Shown in pieces: positions 34,608-38,409 of a stretch of 38,409 nucleotides of DNA (its first letter is position 1; each line of letters begins with the position of its first letter). The DNA lies in IMG/VR virus record IMGVR_UViG_3300022181_000144, positions 1-38,409 of that record. One strand, written 5' to 3'. Both the position numbers and the translations under genes were made by a program. Origin of the DNA: a virus (taxonomy: Duplodnaviria; Caudoviricetes). The notes beneath the pieces are model-generated. The model did not search any database. It was not told where the DNA came from and worked only from the letters and a program-made list of their open reading frames with translations.

Positions 34608-35147
34608 CTAGCGGGAGACGAGGGTGGGCAGGATGTCGTGGAGGGCGAGGTTAATCAGGACGGTGGCGGTCCACATGGTGTTGGTGACGTTCTCCCCCAG
34701 CATCAGGGCCAGGATGCGGGCCTTGCTGATGATGTACTCCGTCGAGCGGGCCTTCTCCGCGACGAGGGAGGGGAGGTCGATCTGGGAGCCGGTGAGCCAT
34801 TGATTGTGGACGGGGACGACGCGGCGGGGAGTCTCGCACAGTTCACGGATCACCACGGCGGCGGTGGAAGGGTGGATCTGGGATTGGATGCGGGGGAGAA
34901 GGTCTGCCTCGATCCTGCGAGCCCAATGGCGGACAGGGGCCATCCATGCGGCGGACGGGTCAGCGGTGAGAGCGGCGGGCGAGGCCGGGGATGGCGGCTG
35001 GGTCTGGGCCGGGGGCAGGGGGAAGGGATTCTGGGTCCCCGTCGTCCGCTTGGGGGTCCTGCGGGACGAGACCTCCTGCTGAAGAAGGGAGGACAGGTTC
35101 GCGGGGGGTTGGGCTGTGGCTGGGGTTTGTGGTTCTTGCCGGGTCAA
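34608..35147 (-). CDS. Hypothetical protein
   Basis: Strong RBS AAAGGAGG 5 nt before a TTG start; Pro-rich N-terminus and helical C-terminus. Confidence 0.55.
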   Translation of the reverse strand: MTRQEPQTPATAQPPANLSSLLQQEVSSRRTPKRTTGTQNPFPLPPAQTQPPSPASPAALTADPSAAWMAPVRHWARRIEADLLPRIQSQIHPSTAAVVIRELCETPRRVVPVHNQWLTGSQIDLPSLVAEKARSTEYIISKARILALMLGENVTNTMWTATVLINLALHDILPTLVSR

Positions 35148-35616
35148 GGTTTCCTCCTTTACGGATCAGAGAGGCAACTACGCTTTCCTGGATGGAGTTG
35201 CCCTCGGAATCCTGGGTTTGTCGGGTGGCTTTCACTTCGCCGATCACTCCGGCGAGCTTCAAGATGTCCTGGCGGACCTTACGAAGATCGGCCAGGGCAC
35301 GGAGACGGATGGCCTCCGTGGGCGCGGTGCGGGCTGTGTCGATGAGGAGTTGGATCTCTTCTTCGAGGGTCCACCCCTGGGAATCGAGGAACGCGGCGAG
35401 GCGTTCCACCGACTCGAAGTTCAAAAGGGACTGCTCGGAAGGAGTCAGGCCCGGAATGCCGGGGGGAGAAAGGGGACCAGGAGGCGTCGTTGGGGCGAGA
35501 GCATTCCCAGCAGAATAGGTGGAACTCCTCTCCGGGAGAGGCCCGGAGGACGCAAGTGGAGTAAGACTAGGATGTTCCTGCGACAACAGGTGCCTCTGGT
35601 CCCCGTTTCTCCTCAC
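34960..35616 (-). CDS. Putative terminase small subunit
   Basis: WTLEEEIQLLIDTAR...IRLRALADL helical pattern typical of the TerS oligomerisation region; upstream of TerL; start uncertain. Confidence 0.45.
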   Translation of the reverse strand: MRRNGDQRHLLSQEHPSLTPLASSGPLPERSSTYSAGNALAPTTPPGPLSPPGIPGLTPSEQSLLNFESVERLAAFLDSQGWTLEEEIQLLIDTARTAPTEAIRLRALADLRKVRQDILKLAGVIGEVKATRQTQDSEGNSIQESVVASLIRKGGNLDPARTTNPSHSPTPREPVLPSSAGGLVPQDPQADDGDPESLPPAPGPDPAAIPGLARRSHR

Positions 35617-36061
35617 GGCATTTCTGGCCCTGGCGTCTCTTCTGAGAGATCGACATGGCGTTCAAGCCTGTGGACTTACGGGAGCGTTGTACCTCCGGAG
35701 AGGACATCGCTTCAAGGTCTTGAATCGAGACCTCCACCTTAACGCAGTGGCGGTCGTTATCATGGTGCATCTGGTGCCCCTTGAACTTGCTGCCGGGGGC
35801 CGCGAATCCGGGGCCGCTGGGCCGAAGGAGGTAGTGAAGGACCTCTTCCAGGGCGTACAGGTTGAAGCGGGCACCCGTCTTGTCGTAAAAGATCGGCACC
35901 TTGAGCAGTCTGAGGAGCCGGGACAGCGTCGCCTTCCCGTAACCGGGAAAGAACTTGGCCGCTCGGTCCAGGGGAACGAGACAAACCGTATTGCCTACGA
36001 CGGTTTTGTCGGCGGCAGTCAACATGTTCAACGTGGACTTTGTCATGGGTTCAAACTGCAT
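35567..36061 (-). CDS. Putative HTH DNA-binding protein (excisionase/MerR-like)
   Basis: LVPLDRAAKFFPGYGKATLSRLLRLLKVP...RFNLYALEEVL; basic C-terminus; first gene of the leftward operon. Confidence 0.5.
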   Translation of the reverse strand: MQFEPMTKSTLNMLTAADKTVVGNTVCLVPLDRAAKFFPGYGKATLSRLLRLLKVPIFYDKTGARFNLYALEEVLHYLLRPSGPGFAAPGSKFKGHQMHHDNDRHCVKVEVSIQDLEAMSSPEVQRSRKSTGLNAMSISQKRRQGQKCREEKRGPEAPVVAGTS

Positions 36062-36069
36062 ATAGTGTA

Positions 36070-36097
36070 TATAGACTTTTCTGGCGGAGTGTACAAG
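36070..36097 (-). promoter_or_regulatory. Leftward promoter-like element
   Basis: Minus strand CTTGTACA-N9-AAAAGTCTATA, similar to 2799-2827; ATG 8 nt downstream. Confidence 0.5.
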
Positions 36098-36165
36098 CAA
36101 AATCCGAGGGTGCCCGAAGAATTCTTGTTTTTTTGCGGAATTCCCCACCAACATCTGCGAATAGG

Positions 36166-36191
36166 CTTGAACAGTTACACCTCGAAAGTCT
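36166..36191 (+). promoter_or_regulatory. Rightward promoter-like element
   Basis: CTTGAACA-N10-GAAAGTCT followed by AT-rich TTTATGTTATAT, upstream of the helicase-like gene. Confidence 0.45.
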
Positions 36192-36292
36192 TTTATGTTA
36201 TATGTGTCCTATGTGAGACACGGAAGTTTCAACCCTTCGCCCCTCATATCGCGGGGCTCCAGCAACTTGGATGCTGGGATGAAAGAAAAAGC

Positions 36293-37432
36293 ATGGCAAA
36301 TCGTCCGAATGTCCCCCTCCCTAAGTACGGGTATTTCCTGAACACCCGAAGCATGGCGGAAATCCAGGCCAGGGCCACGGAATGGCTTTGGGATGGGTGG
36401 TTGCCGCTGGGAAACGTGTGTTTGATGGCCGGGGACGGGGGCACTGGAAAGAGTACGATCCTCTGTGATCTGGCCGCGAGAGTGTCGAGGGGGGTGGATT
36501 TCCCCTGCGGCGGCAAGAATCTGTTGGGCAAGCCGGGGCATGTGCTGATTTTCAACCCCGAAGACAACGTAGACAATGTCTTGAAGCCCCGGCTGGCCGC
36601 AGTCAACGCAGATATGGCTTATGTCCATATCGGCACGGCTTTTCGAGGGAACTTGATTGATGAGTACGGGGACTGTACTTACATCCCCACCACCGCCCTT
36701 GATTCTTTTGGGAAAGAGGGGCCGAACACCGCGTTGATGCTGTGGCTGCGGGAGAAGTGTGAGAACGCGGCGTTGGTGATTATCGACCCGGTGACTTCGT
36801 TTCTTGAGGGGGTCGATGCGAACAGCAACGCGGAAGTGAAGAAGTTTGTGTCCTCTCTTCAAATTATCGCCAAAGAGACGAACTCCTGCATTCTGCTGGT
36901 GACACACCTGAGCAAGAACATGGAGGCAGAGGCCCAGGGGAGGGTGATCGGGTCCTGTGCCTGGGTCCACGGCCCCAGGAACATCCTTCTGGTTACGGCG
37001 GACAAAAAAGCCATAACCGAACGCAAAGAAAATACGGAGCTTTCGCATGAGCCGTGCATCGGGATTCTGTCAAACCCCAAGAACAATCTGGGGCGAAGAC
37101 CCTTGCCGATTGGGTTTGAAGTTGTGGATTGCATTGTGGCGGATGAAGACAACAACACCGATATTCACATTGGTCGAACCATGTGGGATGCCAGACATCA
37201 AAACCCGGATTTCAATGCGGGTAGACAAGAACGAACTGAAGTCAAGGAATGGTGCATGAAGGTCATCCAGCCGGGGTACCCGATGGACAGCATGGAACTC
37301 TACAAGCTGGGAGCCGACCAAGGGTTCTCGGAATCTCGCATTCGGCGGGCGTTGAATGAGCTATTTGACGAGAACCTGCTGATCCGTGAGAACGACGGCA
37401 AGCATCGCAAGTGGAGTCGAACGGAAGGATGA
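36293..37432 (+). CDS. AAA_25 / RepA-family replicative helicase-like ATPase with probable C-terminal winged helix
   Basis: WLWDGWLPLG, Walker A GDGGTGKST, NPED, LVIIDP, LLVTHLSK, IGS, KNNLG. Confidence 0.85.
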   Translation: MANRPNVPLPKYGYFLNTRSMAEIQARATEWLWDGWLPLGNVCLMAGDGGTGKSTILCDLAARVSRGVDFPCGGKNLLGKPGHVLIFNPEDNVDNVLKPRLAAVNADMAYVHIGTAFRGNLIDEYGDCTYIPTTALDSFGKEGPNTALMLWLREKCENAALVIIDPVTSFLEGVDANSNAEVKKFVSSLQIIAKETNSCILLVTHLSKNMEAEAQGRVIGSCAWVHGPRNILLVTADKKAITERKENTELSHEPCIGILSNPKNNLGRRPLPIGFEVVDCIVADEDNNTDIHIGRTMWDARHQNPDFNAGRQERTEVKEWCMKVIQPGYPMDSMELYKLGADQGFSESRIRRALNELFDENLLIRENDGKHRKWSRTEG

Positions 37433-37434
37433 AT

Positions 37435-38409
37435 TTAAGGACCCTGATGTTCAGGATTGAGGTGGGGTGGGGACTGGAGTTTCCGCATGGTCTCCATCGC
37501 TTCTTCCATTGGAATGGATTCCGCCACGTCTCTCCGTTGAGTGGATACATTGAGGTAGATCTTATCGGTGAGGGTGGGGGTGGAGTGTTCCAGCCAGTCT
37601 TGAACCGCCTTGGTTGAATACCCTGCGAGGGCGATGAACGTCCCGCTGCAAGCTCGGAGGCTGTGGTATTTGAACCCAGGCAGGTTCGCCGCTTCGATGA
37701 TCCGCAACCACTTGTTGCGGTGATAGGTGTCTCGGAGTATGCGGCCTTCCGCACGGTCTTCGGTATACACCTTCAACTGTTCAAGGAGGAATGGGTGAAG
37801 GGGCCTCAAGGGCATTTCCTTCCCGGTCTTTACGGATCGGGTTGCGATGCCCTTGAGGTCATACCGGAGGTCTGTAATCTGCAATCGCTCTACGTCTTGC
37901 TGCCGGAGTCCTGTTCCCACCGCCAGCAATATCCGAATCACCCAGTCCCACCCATAGATTCGGTTCGCATGATACAGTAACGCTCCCCATCCCTCGACGG
38001 AGAGCACCTGGGGCTGATGGCTTTCGATCTTTTGGTACAGGTCCTCCCAACGAATCTTATGGGCCTGGGACGACACCAGATGTTCCTTGGTTCCCCATGT
38101 GACGAGGGTCTTGAGGATTCGCAGGTCCTTGTTGATCGTGGCTCCGGCTGCTCCGTCCTGCCGCCTTGCCCTCACGTACTTCTCAACCATCTTGTGGTTG
38201 AGCGACGTGGACAGGGGCTGGCCGCACAGACGGTCCCACATCGAGAACATCTTGCGGTATTCATGCAGGGTGCTGGGTTTGACCCCTTTGGTCTGTTCCC
38301 GGTTCTCGATGAACGCCCTGGTCAGATACTGAAACGATACCGCCGTGGGCGACACGTAGTAGTCCGAGTTCAACTCCCGCAGGAGACGCTCTCTCCATTG
38401 TTCAGCCAA
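37435..38409 (-). CDS. Tyrosine recombinase / integrase (may be 5'-truncated by the window edge)
   Basis: TGLR, K (VKTG), HSLR and LEHS......IY catalytic residues; SAM-like N-terminal part (ATINKDLRILK); ends in EHQGP*. Confidence 0.92.
   Translation of the reverse strand: MAEQWRERLLRELNSDYYVSPTAVSFQYLTRAFIENREQTKGVKPSTLHEYRKMFSMWDRLCGQPLSTSLNHKMVEKYVRARRQDGAAGATINKDLRILKTLVTWGTKEHLVSSQAHKIRWEDLYQKIESHQPQVLSVEGWGALLYHANRIYGWDWVIRILLAVGTGLRQQDVERLQITDLRYDLKGIATRSVKTGKEMPLRPLHPFLLEQLKVYTEDRAEGRILRDTYHRNKWLRIIEAANLPGFKYHSLRACSGTFIALAGYSTKAVQDWLEHSTPTLTDKIYLNVSTQRRDVAESIPMEEAMETMRKLQSPPHLNPEHQGP
37436..37452 (+). repeat. Dispersed motif copy 19
   Basis: Exact 17-mer; encodes the integrase C-terminus on the minus strand. 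Confidence 0.97.

Larger units (their letters stand above)
1..38409. mobile_element. Temperate tailed phage / prophage region (podovirus-like), probably incomplete
   Basis: Terminase, portal, scaffold, capsid, adaptor, fibre and ejection-like genes in canonical order, plus recombination/replication genes and a tyrosine integrase. No host housekeeping operon and no att sites visible. Confidence 0.93.

Noticed and set aside
2155-34690. Short partial matches to the motif (near 2155, 3311, 7157, 13396, 25278, 29902 and 34681)
   Set aside because: Only 7-9 bp match, within chance expectation for GC-rich DNA; not counted among the 19 copies.
35519-36292. N-terminal 258 aa of the 637-aa ORF
   Set aside because: It runs antisense to the HTH-like gene and across the AT-rich divergent promoter region; the helicase-like sequence begins near ATG 36293.
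1989-37452. The repeated motif as a CRISPR array
   Set aside because: Copies are 16-17 bp, on both strands and irregularly spaced from 0 to about 5.6 kb, with no run of repeat-spacer units.
1-38409. tRNA, rRNA genes and attL/attR
   Set aside because: None recognisable by eye; the window begins and ends at ORF boundaries, so attachment sites would lie outside.

Overview
The whole window looks like most of a GC-rich temperate tailed phage or prophage with podovirus-like gene content and no tape measure gene. The host cannot be determined from the sequence. The plus-strand block (1-9404) holds two signal-peptide proteins, lysis-like membrane proteins, an ERCC4 nuclease, a recombination module (Cas4/RecB-like exonuclease, Sak4-like ATPase, SSB-like protein) and nucleotide-metabolism genes. 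The minus-strand block (9366-36061) holds, in transcription order, an HTH-like protein, probable TerS, TerL, portal, GroES, scaffold, major capsid protein, a beta-helix decoration protein, adaptor, a 1781-aa repeat/LamG fibre, a tail protein and five ejection-like proteins. An AAA_25 helicase-like gene and a tyrosine integrase converge at the right end. The standout unexplained signal is an asymmetric 16-17 bp sequence, (T)AAGGACCCTGATGTTC, found by eye 19 times (13 on +, 6 on -) with an invariant 13-bp core. It sits at gene junctions, supplies the stop codon of five genes and is read in three different frames inside unrelated proteins. It also forms five convergent inverted pairs and one tandem dimer, and it ends the integrase gene. 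A second, promoter-like motif (CTTGnACA-N9/10-RAAAGTCT) occurs three times. All protein calls come from motif recognition by eye; no database search was run.
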